A stretch of DNA of 24,000 bases. Origin: Haladaptatus cibarius D43 (lineage in GTDB: Archaea > Halobacteriota > Halobacteria > Halobacteriales > Haladaptataceae). The stretch's first letter is position 1. The number at the start of each line of letters is the position of its first letter. The stretch covers positions 154,082 through 178,081 of the forward strand of contig NZ_JDTH01000002.1 in the NCBI RefSeq assembly GCF_000710615.1, given 5' to 3'. The notes beneath the pieces were generated by a model that worked only from the letters and a program-made list of their open reading frames with translations, was not told the origin of the DNA and ran no database searches. Both the position numbers and the translations under genes were made by a program. This document shows, piece by piece, positions 16,750-23,561 of this stretch.

Positions 16750-18827
16750 TAGAGACTCTCCACGTCGAGGATGGTCACGACGTCACCTTCTCCAAGCACC
16801 GCCGCGCCGGACAGCCCCGGAATACCGGAGAGAATGCCTTCGAACGGTTTGACGACGACTTCCTCCTGTCTACTTACGGCATCGCAGTGGATGGCGACCT
16901 GTCGCTCGGATTCCTTGACCCGAACGAGCATTCCGTCGCCGTTTTTCGTCTCACCGGGCACGTCGAGCGCCTGTCCGAGTCGAATGAGCGGGTACACCGT
17001 CTCGTCGTGCGTGATGACTTCCTCGCCTTCGACGTGCTGGACGGCACCCATCCGACGAATCTCGTCCACGTTCTTGATGGGGATGCCGTACTCTTCTTCG
17101 CCGGACTCCACGAACAGCACCTTGACGATTGCGACTGTGACCGGAAGCGAGAGGCTGATGGTCGTTCCTTCGCCGAGTTCGCTCTCGACGCTGATGTCGC
17201 CGTCGAGTCGCTTGATGGTGTTCTGCACCACGTCCATGCCGACGCCGCGACCGCTCACGTCGGTGATTTCTTCCGTGGTCGAGAATCCGGCGTGGAAGAT
17301 GAGTTGGTACGCATCCTCGTCGTCCAGTGCGTCCGCCTCCTGTCGGGTCATGATTCCCTTGCTGACCGCCTTGGTTCGGACGGCGTCGGCGTCGATGCCG
17401 CCACCGTCGTCGGCGACTTCGATGGTCACACGGTCGCGTTCGCGCATGCCGCGGAGGTGAATCGTTCCCTCGGGCGATTTGTCGTTCGCCTCGCGCACGT
17501 CGGGCGATTCGATACCATGGTCGACCGCGTTCCGGAGCAGGTGCATCAGCGGGTCGCTGATTTCGTTCAGGATGGTGCGGTCGAGTTCGATGTCCTCGCC
17601 CTCCATCACGAAGTCGATTTCTTTCTCCTGTGTCCGCGAGAGGTCACGAACCAGTCGCGGGAACTTATTGACGATTTTCTTCAGCGGGACAAGCCGCATG
17701 TCCATCACCGTGTCCTGCAAACTGGACGTAATCTTGTCGAGTTCGTCCAGATTGTCGGTCGCGCTTCCGAGTTCGCCCTGTTCGACCGACCGCCGAAGTT
17801 TGATGCGACTGGTCACTAACTGCTCGACCAATCCGTGTAAATCGTCGAGTTGATCAACGTCTACCCGAACCGAGTGGATTTCGTCCACTGCCGACGACGA
17901 CGCTGGTGCGTCCGTCGGCGGTTCGTCGGTGGCGGTTGCTGATTCGACCGATGCGGAATCCACTTCGGATTCGAACGAAAATTCGGCGTCGTCCGCCGTG
18001 TCCGGTTCCGAACCGGATTCGGGTTCGCTTTCCGTATCTGCTTCTGCCGCATCCGAAACTTCGTCGCTCACGTCGCTCACGTCGCTCACGTCGCTCACGC
18101 TGGCCGATTCGACCTTCGAACTGCCGTTCAGCAGTTCCGAAATTTCGTCCGCGGAGGCTCCCGTGAGGAACAGATCGAATCCGTCGTCGTACTCGCCCTC
18201 GTCGATGGCTTCGAGGGGTGGAACCGCCCCGAGCAAGTCGAACTCGTCGGTAACGCTGCCGAGGACGAACATCGCGTCCACGCCTTTCATCTGCGAATCG
18301 CCCATCTCCACGCGGGCGTGGCGCACGTCGTCTACGTCAGCGAGTGCGGCCGGATTGTCGAGTTCCGCGAGTGCGGTTGTGGCATCGTGGCTCGTTTCGG
18401 TGTCTCCATCGACTTCGGTGTCGCCTGCGGCTTCGCTCGCCGATTCGACGCCGCCGCCTTCCAGTATCGCGCGAATCTCCTGAATCGTCGCGCTCGGGTC
18501 GGTTTTCGACTCGCCGTGTTCTTCGATTTCGCCGAGGATGACCTCGATTTGGTCTACGCCCGCGAAGACGTGATCCATAATTTCCGAGGTGACCTCCATT
18601 CGGCCCTGTCGAATCTCGTCCAGCAGGTCTTCGATGGCGTGCGCGAGGTTGCTCGCGTCCTGAAACCCCATCGCCGCGAAGTTGCCTTTCAGCGTGTGGG
18701 CGGTTCGGAAGATGGAGTCCATCGCCTCCTCGTCGTTCGGGTCGTCTTCGAGTTCGAGCAGTGAGTTGTTCAGTTCTGTGATGTTCTCTTCGCTTTCACG
18801 AATGAAATCCTGTATGTATTCGTCCAT
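16749..18827 (-). CDS. cheA: chemotaxis histidine kinase CheA
   Basis: 692 aa. HPt (P1) with FRTAHTLKGNFAAMG. An acidic linker / P2-like region follows. Dimerisation and HATPase_c domains: LMHLLRNAVDHGIE, DDGGGID, GRGVGMDVV. C-terminal CheW-like P5 domain. Confidence 0.96.
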   Translation of the reverse strand: MDEYIQDFIRESEENITELNNSLLELEDDPNDEEAMDSIFRTAHTLKGNFAAMGFQDASNLAHAIEDLLDEIRQGRMEVTSEIMDHVFAGVDQIEVILGEIEEHGESKTDPSATIQEIRAILEGGGVESASEAAGDTEVDGDTETSHDATTALAELDNPAALADVDDVRHARVEMGDSQMKGVDAMFVLGSVTDEFDLLGAVPPLEAIDEGEYDDGFDLFLTGASADEISELLNGSSKVESASVSDVSDVSDVSDEVSDAAEADTESEPESGSEPDTADDAEFSFESEVDSASVESATATDEPPTDAPASSSAVDEIHSVRVDVDQLDDLHGLVEQLVTSRIKLRRSVEQGELGSATDNLDELDKITSSLQDTVMDMRLVPLKKIVNKFPRLVRDLSRTQEKEIDFVMEGEDIELDRTILNEISDPLMHLLRNAVDHGIESPDVREANDKSPEGTIHLRGMRERDRVTIEVADDGGGIDADAVRTKAVSKGIMTRQEADALDDEDAYQLIFHAGFSTTEEITDVSGRGVGMDVVQNTIKRLDGDISVESELGEGTTISLSLPVTVAIVKVLFVESGEEEYGIPIKNVDEIRRMGAVQHVEGEEVITHDETVYPLIRLGQALDVPGETKNGDGMLVRVKESERQVAIHCDAVSRQEEVVVKPFEGILSGIPGLSGAAVLGEGDVVTILDVESL
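18062..18097. repeat. four tandem copies of a 9-bp unit inside the cheA linker
   Basis: CGTCGCTCA repeats 4 times perfectly (18062-18097) and encodes the VSDVSDVSDVSD stretch of the CheA interdomain linker. Confidence 0.9.
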
Positions 18828-18833
18828 ATCCTA

Positions 18834-19871
18834 TCACGTTGGTTTGCGTACTGTCGAAAGTATTCCACCGGAGACACCGTCTGCGGGAAGCACCTCATCG
18901 ACACATCCCGTTTCGATGGCTCTCGCCGGAATACCGAACACCGAACAGGTCGCTTCGTCCTGCGCGATGGTCTGCCCACCTGCGCCTTTGATGGCTTCGA
19001 TGCCGACTGCACCGTCCGCACCCATTCCGGTGAGGACGACGCCGGTAAGCGGGTCTGAAATCGTCTTTGCGGCCGTCTCCATCGTCACGTCGATGGCGGG
19101 GCGCACGCCGTGGCGTTGCTCGTCCTGTGTCAGTCGGACGCGAAGTCGGCCTTTGGCGTAGTTCGATACTGCCATGTGGTAATCGCCGCGCGCGACGAGG
19201 GCTTCCCCGCCGCCGATTCTGTCGCCGTCTCGGGCCTCCCGAACGTCGTATTCAGTTCTCCCGTCCAACCGTTTCGCGAATCTGTCAGTAAAACTGTCGG
19301 GCATGTGTTGTACGATGAGCACGCGCAGGTTCGCCGAGCGAGGAAGTCCCGAGAGAACGCTCTCTACGACCCGCGGCCCGCCGGTCGAAGCGCCGATGAC
19401 GACCGTCGCGTTTTCGACGTATGTTTCGTCGCGCTCGATTGGCGTGGTCGCCGAATCGCTCGGTGTGCCCGCCGAAACGTCGGCGCGCGCGACGGAGCGA
19501 ACTTTGTCCACGAGGTCGTCCTTGTGGGCCGAAATCCCGGTCGAAACCTCACCGCCGGGTTTCGCCAGCACGTCGATTGCGCCCCGGTCGAGTGCTTCAA
19601 AGGTCGCTTCCGCGCCTTTCTCGGTGTGCGCCGAAAGCATGAGAACCGGCGTCGGCGTTTCGTCCATGATGGCGGCAACGGCTTCGATGCCGTTCATTTC
19701 GGGCATTTCCACGTCCATCGTCACCACGTCGGGTTCGTGTTCGGCGACGGCGGACACGGCTTCTCTGCCGTCGGTTGCTTGTGCGACCACCTCGATACCC
19801 CCCGATTCGAGAATGTCGGAGATGACGGTGCGCATGAAGTGGGAGTCGTCTACGACGACCGCCCGCGTCAT
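18834..19871 (-). CDS. cheB: protein-glutamate methylesterase/deamidase CheB
   Basis: I prefer start ATG 19871 (MTRAVVVDDSHFMR..., receiver domain), which makes an ATGA overlap with the cheY stop. The 41-codon N-terminal extension in the ORF track runs inside cheY. The C-terminal esterase domain carries GASTGGP and the DE..CSVFGIP region. Confidence 0.94.
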   Translation of the reverse strand: MTRAVVVDDSHFMRTVISDILESGGIEVVAQATDGREAVSAVAEHEPDVVTMDVEMPEMNGIEAVAAIMDETPTPVLMLSAHTEKGAEATFEALDRGAIDVLAKPGGEVSTGISAHKDDLVDKVRSVARADVSAGTPSDSATTPIERDETYVENATVVIGASTGGPRVVESVLSGLPRSANLRVLIVQHMPDSFTDRFAKRLDGRTEYDVREARDGDRIGGGEALVARGDYHMAVSNYAKGRLRVRLTQDEQRHGVRPAIDVTMETAAKTISDPLTGVVLTGMGADGAVGIEAIKGAGGQTIAQDEATCSVFGIPARAIETGCVDEVLPADGVSGGILSTVRKPT

Positions 19872-20230
19872 GCTGAGATAACGTCGTTGATGGCTTCCAT
19901 CACGCTGGGTTTCTGGAACGGTTTCGTGATGTAACCATCCGCACCGGCCTTGACCGCCTTCTTCATTTTCTCTTCCTGTCCGATACTCGTACACATGATG
20001 ACTTTCGCCCCCGAATCGAAACCTTTGATTTCGGATGTCGCTTCGATACCGTCTCGAATCGGCATCACGATGTCCATCATCACGAAGTCCGGCTGTTTCT
20101 CCTTGTACAGTTCGATCGCCTCGACGCCGTTTTCGGCCTCGTCAGCTATTTCGAAGTTCTCCTCCAGAATCTCGCGTAGCAGGTTCCGCATAAATTCTGA
20201 GTCGTCGACAATTAGTACGTCATTCGCCAT
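19868..20230 (-). CDS. cheY: chemotaxis response regulator CheY
   Basis: 120 aa single receiver domain: LIVDDSEFMR, phospho-acceptor context DFVMMDIVMP, CTSIG, and conserved Lys in YITKPF. Confidence 0.96.
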   Translation of the reverse strand: MANDVLIVDDSEFMRNLLREILEENFEIADEAENGVEAIELYKEKQPDFVMMDIVMPIRDGIEATSEIKGFDSGAKVIMCTSIGQEEKMKKAVKAGADGYITKPFQKPSVMEAINDVISA

Positions 20231-20264
20231 TCATTTTTCACCTGCGAGAGGCTTTGAAAGGCGG

Positions 20265-20301
20265 TAAAATAAATGCTCCCCTGTGATTATCACAGTTGAT
20301 G
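20265..20301 (-). promoter_or_regulatory. promoter-like region upstream of cheY: dyad, TATA box, short leader with SD-like AGGTGA
   Basis: In gene orientation: CATCAACTGTGATA (20288-20301), a 13-nt spacer, then ATTTATTTT (20265-20273). AGGTGA (20238-20243) lies 7 nt before ATG 20230. A perfect palindrome TGTGAT-T-ATCACA (20282-20294) overlaps the dyad. Confidence 0.5.
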
Positions 20302-20315
20302 TTTGGTTGACGAAC

Positions 20316-20810
20316 TCAGTTGAGGCTGTCAATCATCTTGTCAATATCGACCCAAATGACCAAGTCGAGACCCTCATCGGTCGGTTTCCGGATAATTCCG
20401 TGAGCGATTTGGTCGCGAATTCCCCGCGTGCTGAGATTTTCCAACTCGTCGCCCGTGTCGATGTGCTTTTCGGCGTGCGCCGTCACGTCGAGAACTTCGT
20501 CCACGCGGATGCCGATTTTCTGCTTGTCGTCCGGACGATCTAAGACGAGTACGCCTTCCCCGCGCTCGTCGGAATCGACCGAAAGGAACTGTTTCGGGTC
20601 GATGATGGCCGTCGTCTCGCCGCGCAAATCCATCACGCCCTCGATGGAGTCGGACGTGCGCGGAATCCGCGTGACCCGTTTTACCTCCACGATGCTGTCC
20701 ACTTGGTCGATATTTATCGCGCAGATGTCGTCGCCGAGTCGAAATTCGACGACCTGCGTCTCCGCAACCGGTTCGCCCTCGTCCACAGGTTCCTGTTCCG
20801 TTGCGCTCAT
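20316..20810 (-). CDS. cheW: chemotaxis coupling protein CheW
   Basis: 164 aa single CheW-like domain: VVEFRLGDDICAINIDQVDSIVE...IEGVMDLRGETTAIIDP. Confidence 0.93.
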   Translation of the reverse strand: MSATEQEPVDEGEPVAETQVVEFRLGDDICAINIDQVDSIVEVKRVTRIPRTSDSIEGVMDLRGETTAIIDPKQFLSVDSDERGEGVLVLDRPDDKQKIGIRVDEVLDVTAHAEKHIDTGDELENLSTRGIRDQIAHGIIRKPTDEGLDLVIWVDIDKMIDSLN

Positions 20811-20842
20811 AGTCAGCTAGTCTATACATCGAAGTCCGGAAC

Positions 20843-20874
20843 ATAAAACCCTCCCCCTGCTATCACGACGGATA
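20843..20874 (-). promoter_or_regulatory. cheW promoter: dyad TATC-N6-GATA plus TATA box
   Basis: In gene orientation: TATCCGTCGTGATA (20861-20874), a 12-nt spacer, then TTTTAT (20843-20848), about 35 nt upstream of ATG 20810. Confidence 0.45.
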
Positions 20875-20876
20875 AT

Positions 20877-21599
20877 TTACCGGTCGGCTTCCGGCGGGAA
20901 CACGACGCCGTTCGCGTCCCGAATCGCCTCGAACAGGTCGGCGATGCTGTCGTCCGGCGAGAGGTCGTGCGCTTCGAGGACGCCGCGGAAACAGCGCGGC
21001 GAATAGCGCACCCTGACGTTCGACTCCATCAGGAGGATGCCGAGAACGTCTTCGACCGCCGTACTCCTATCGACCTGCTGGGCGTACCACATGAGCAGGC
21101 CGTCGAAGACGGTTCCCACGTCGTCGGAAAACATCTGCTGGTGACTGATTGCCCCTTCGGATTTGCTGGAGATATGAAATCCGTAGCGAGAGTCCACGTC
21201 GCCCAAGTCTTTTTCCAACCACCTGCGAACGTCGCTGGAATCGATTGTGGACTCTTGTGCCGGTTGCTGCTCTTGCGGTTCTTGTGGCGGTTGCACATCG
21301 GTTTCAGCAACATCACCGGATTGTTGCTGTGGCGGATTCGGTGTCGGTTCCGATGCAGATGCAGTCGGCGCGCCAGAATCGGAGAATTGCGTCGATGGCG
21401 GGGATGCCGAATCGGATGCAGACGCGGACGTAATCGCCGAGCTATCGGGCGCGTTGGGTACCGACGGTTGCCCTTCGGCACCGATAACGTAGCGTCCCTC
21501 GTCTAGCTCGACGACGTTTTCACTGTTCTCGATGTCGAGTTCGTCCGCCGAAAGGACTTTTCCCGTTTCCGTCTCGGATTCGTCCCGCGCTGGCCCCAT
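20877..21599 (-). CDS. acidic hypothetical protein (short N-terminal module, S/P/Q-rich linker, about 115-aa C-terminal globular domain)
   Basis: 240-aa ORF with halophile-type acidic composition. TATA-like ATTTTATG (about 21624-21631 on +) lies about 29 nt upstream of ATG 21599, giving leaderless geometry. Same strand as cheW, 66 nt upstream of it. I recognise no family motif. Confidence 0.7.
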   Translation of the reverse strand: MGPARDESETETGKVLSADELDIENSENVVELDEGRYVIGAEGQPSVPNAPDSSAITSASASDSASPPSTQFSDSGAPTASASEPTPNPPQQQSGDVAETDVQPPQEPQEQQPAQESTIDSSDVRRWLEKDLGDVDSRYGFHISSKSEGAISHQQMFSDDVGTVFDGLLMWYAQQVDRSTAVEDVLGILLMESNVRVRYSPRCFRGVLEAHDLSPDDSIADLFEAIRDANGVVFPPEADR

Positions 21600-21620
21600 G
21601 CGAGTCCGCTACCACGGGTC

Positions 21621-21720
21621 GTTACATAAAATCACCGGCAGTTTCCCTCCGTGAGAATACGGGTCGGAAAATCGATGTACTCCCGTATTTCGACAATTGT
21701 CGTCACGAAGTTTTATTATT
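21621..21720. promoter_or_regulatory. divergent promoter region with a central 8-bp inverted repeat
   Basis: TATA for the - strand gene at about 21624-31. TTTTATTATT (21711-21720) lies about 27-30 nt upstream of ATG 21745 on +. Between them is the perfect inverted repeat AATACGGG (21656-21663) / CCCGTATT (21682-21689), spaced by 18 nt that contain an ATCGAT palindrome. Confidence 0.5.
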
Positions 21721-21744
21721 GTCGAATGTTTTGTCCCACATCAC

Positions 21745-21966
21745 ATGAGCGTTAGAGCCTCACAGACTGCACCGATACCCGACGAGCTGGCGTCTCCCCG
21801 GGCGAAACTCGTCTATCTGTACCTCACGACAGCACGGAGCGCGACGTTGGACGAACTGCAAAACGGACTGGGACTGCCGAAGATGTCACTGTACACCATC
21901 GTTCGAACCCTGCGAGAGCGCGAACTGGTGGAACAGGACGGCGAAACGGTTACGTTATCGAACTAG
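21745..21966 (+). CDS. small winged-helix DNA-binding protein (TrmB/MarR-like wHTH, single domain)
   Basis: 73 aa from ATG 21745. KLVYLYLTTARSATLDELQNGLGLPKMSLYTIVRTLRERELVEQDGE fits the helix-turn-helix plus wing pattern of archaeal wHTH regulators. TTG 21697 from the ORF track would place the TATA box inside the gene. Confidence 0.65.
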   Translation: MSVRASQTAPIPDELASPRAKLVYLYLTTARSATLDELQNGLGLPKMSLYTIVRTLRERELVEQDGETVTLSN

Positions 21967-22055
21967 TCTGACTGCTCGTTGTCCCATTTTCCGAACTACT
22001 TTCACTTTCACTCCGCTAGGCTCGCCTTCAATAGTTGACCGGACAAGAAACAGAC

Positions 22056-22226
22056 ATGAACCTCGAAACGCGAACCATACAACCGGAGCGGCGACCGTGG
22101 AACTCAGCAGACGTTTCTGGACTCTCGGCCAACGAAGTTGCAGCGTATGTCCAAGCGTCAACCGAGGAAGGTGCGGTTCACCTCGAACGGAAAGGCGGGC
22201 GCACGTTCGTCGTCGCTGGCGACTGA
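22056..22226 (+). CDS. possible small protein (56 aa), function unknown
   Basis: ATG-initiated ORF with moderately acidic composition and third-position GC of about 61% by hand count. No convincing TATA upstream. bcp starts 40 nt downstream and also lacks its own TATA, so the two may be cotranscribed. Weak call. Confidence 0.3.
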   Translation: MNLETRTIQPERRPWNSADVSGLSANEVAAYVQASTEEGAVHLERKGGRTFVVAGD

Positions 22227-22266
22227 CTCCGTAACGCAGTTCGTCGCTCGCTTCGAAGCGACTGTC

Positions 22267-22719
22267 ATGCTCAACCCCGGCCAACAGGCACCATCGTTCG
22301 AACTCCCGAATCATGCGGGTGAAACGGTTTCACTCGACGACTTCGACGGCAGAGTCGTCGTCTACTTCTATCCGCGCGCCGACACCGCCGGTTGCACCAC
22401 GGAGGCGTGTGGCTTCCGCGATTCGTGGGGGGAGTTCGAAAAACGTGGCATCCCTGTCCTCGGAATCAGCGACGACCCGATTTCCGACCTTGACAAATTC
22501 CGCGAGAAACACGACCTCCCATTTCACCTGCTCAGCGACGAATCCGGAGCAGTCGCAAGCGCCTACGACTCCTACGGTGAGAAAAACATGTTCGGCAACA
22601 CCTTCGACGGCGTTTTCCGAAACACGTTCGTCGTCGGTTCCGACGGAAAAATCGAACACGTCTTCGACGATGTCTCGCCCGACGGTCACGCCACGGAAAT
22701 CCTTTCGACGCTCGAATGA
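22267..22719 (+). CDS. bcp: thiol peroxidase Bcp (peroxiredoxin, AhpC/TSA family)
   Basis: 150 aa from ATG 22267 (MLNPGQQAPSFELPNHAGETVSLDDF...). Peroxidatic Cys motif is FYPRADTAGCTTEAC. The ORF-track N-terminal extension (22138-22266) is basic and unlike peroxiredoxins. Confidence 0.9.
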   Translation: MLNPGQQAPSFELPNHAGETVSLDDFDGRVVVYFYPRADTAGCTTEACGFRDSWGEFEKRGIPVLGISDDPISDLDKFREKHDLPFHLLSDESGAVASAYDSYGEKNMFGNTFDGVFRNTFVVGSDGKIEHVFDDVSPDGHATEILSTLE

Positions 22720-23009
22720 CGTACCTCTCACACCCCGTTCGGAGAATGCGCGACGACCCGAGAGACGAATCGGTGACGCTCGTGCTTCGATTGGGCGATG
22801 CAGACCCCGAAGGGGTCGAATCGCGCGTCGAAGCACTCGGCGGCGAAGTCGATGCCGAACTCGCGTTCGAGTCTCTGCGCGTCGTCGTTCCCCAGGAATC
22901 CGTCGCCGACCTCTGTGAAATCGACGACTTGGATGCCATCGAAACCGCCGCCACGCTCGGCATCGGGTCGGGCGATACGGAAGAGGACACGGAGTTAGAC
23001 GATGTCTAA
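22716..23009 (+). CDS. small acidic protein, possibly peptidase-inhibitor-I9/propeptide-like alpha-beta fold
   Basis: 97 aa. ATGA overlap with the bcp stop (22716-22719). VTLVLRLGDADPEGVESRVEALGGEVDAELAFESLRVVVPQESVADLCEIDDLDAIE resembles the beta-alpha-beta-beta-alpha-beta pattern of subtilase propeptide-like domains. The family assignment is tentative. Confidence 0.6.
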   Translation: MTYLSHPVRRMRDDPRDESVTLVLRLGDADPEGVESRVEALGGEVDAELAFESLRVVVPQESVADLCEIDDLDAIETAATLGIGSGDTEEDTELDDV

Positions 23010-23011
23010 GC

Positions 23012-23029
23012 CGACAGTAGGAACTGTCG
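23012..23029 (+). terminator. perfect 7-bp hairpin directly after the 97-aa ORF stop
   Basis: CGACAGT-AGGA-ACTGTCG starts 3 nt after TAA 23007-23009. No T tract follows on +; TTTT precedes it on the - strand. It sits between convergent genes. Confidence 0.3.
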
Positions 23030-23142
23030 AAAATGACTATCTAAACGAGATGGCCGTTCCGGACACCCGGATGTCCCCTCGAACGACAGTACATTCCATG
23101 CCTATCGATACACCGTCGAGGGTCAAAATTTTCGGGGGTGGT

Positions 23143-23529
23143 CTAATCGCTTCTTACGTGCGTCACCTCGACCATCAGGTCGGGGTGGTTTGCTTCGGGA
23201 TAGCGCAGCGTCCACGAGCGGTCGAACTCGATACCTCGGTGGTGGCCCTTCAACAGGAGGTCGCCGAGCACGTCGCGGAAATCCTTGACGACGGCCTGCT
23301 CCGGCGGTTTCGTCGGCTGTGGTGGGTTCATTAGTACTTCTGTCCCACCCTTTTCCAAATGCGTAATTTCGACCATCAGGTCGGACAGGTCGTCGTCTGG
23401 ATAGCTGAACGTCCACGAGCGGTCGAACCGGCGGTCGTTTTTGTACGCCGTACTCAACACCATTTTCAGCGTACTCCGGAACTCCTCGGGGGAGGCCATC
23501 CAGAGGGGGACGCTCTGGGTGCGGCTCAT
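23143..23529 (-). CDS. hypothetical protein composed of two tandem ~46-aa repeats (motif FDRSWT-x-x-YP-x5-DLMVE-x-TH)
   Basis: 128 aa. Repeat 1: EEFRSTLKMVLSTAYKNDRRFDRSWTFSYPDDDLSDLMVEITHLEK. Repeat 2: KDFRDVLGDLLLKGHHRGIEFDRSWTLRYPEANHPDLMVEVTHVRS. A proline-rich linker NPPQPTKPPEQ joins them. A TATA box lies about 26 nt upstream of ATG 23529. Confidence 0.7.
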   Translation of the reverse strand: MSRTQSVPLWMASPEEFRSTLKMVLSTAYKNDRRFDRSWTFSYPDDDLSDLMVEITHLEKGGTEVLMNPPQPTKPPEQAVVKDFRDVLGDLLLKGHHRGIEFDRSWTLRYPEANHPDLMVEVTHVRSD

Positions 23530-23554
23530 AAAAAACGGACAGGCACCGTATCGG

Positions 23555-23561
23555 TATAAAA
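23555..23561 (-). promoter_or_regulatory. TATA box of the 128-aa repeat-protein gene (leaderless geometry)
   Basis: TTTTATA on the - strand (TATAAAA on +, 23555-23561) lies 26 nt upstream of ATG 23529. Confidence 0.5.

Noticed and set aside
18062-18097. Short perfect tandem repeats, considered as a possible CRISPR or minisatellite locus
   Set aside because: There are only four 9-bp units with no spacers, and they lie inside the cheA reading frame. This is coding low-complexity sequence, not a CRISPR array. No repeat-spacer structure was seen elsewhere in the window.
19872-19994. N-terminal extensions offered by the ORF track: cheB 19872-19994, arlJ 8590-8625, arlF 12064-12096, bcp 22138-22266, wHTH 21697-21744
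   Set aside because: The extensions overlap the upstream gene or contain the TATA box. They are basic and non-conserved in appearance. Internal ATGs give canonical family N-termini and classic ATGA or adjacent start/stop junctions.
21955-22314. 119-aa - strand ORF spanning the wHTH-bcp intergenic region
   Set aside because: The product is basic, R/L/V-rich and unlike neighbouring proteins. It overlaps the ends of two better-supported + strand genes. No promoter signal is present.
23002-23334. 110-aa + strand ORF, and the 160-aa - strand ORF 23123-23605
   Set aside because: The first is antisense to the repeat-protein gene. The second is an alternative frame of that gene, with a P/R-rich translation. 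The 23143-23529 frame is supported by the internal protein repeat and a correctly spaced TATA box.
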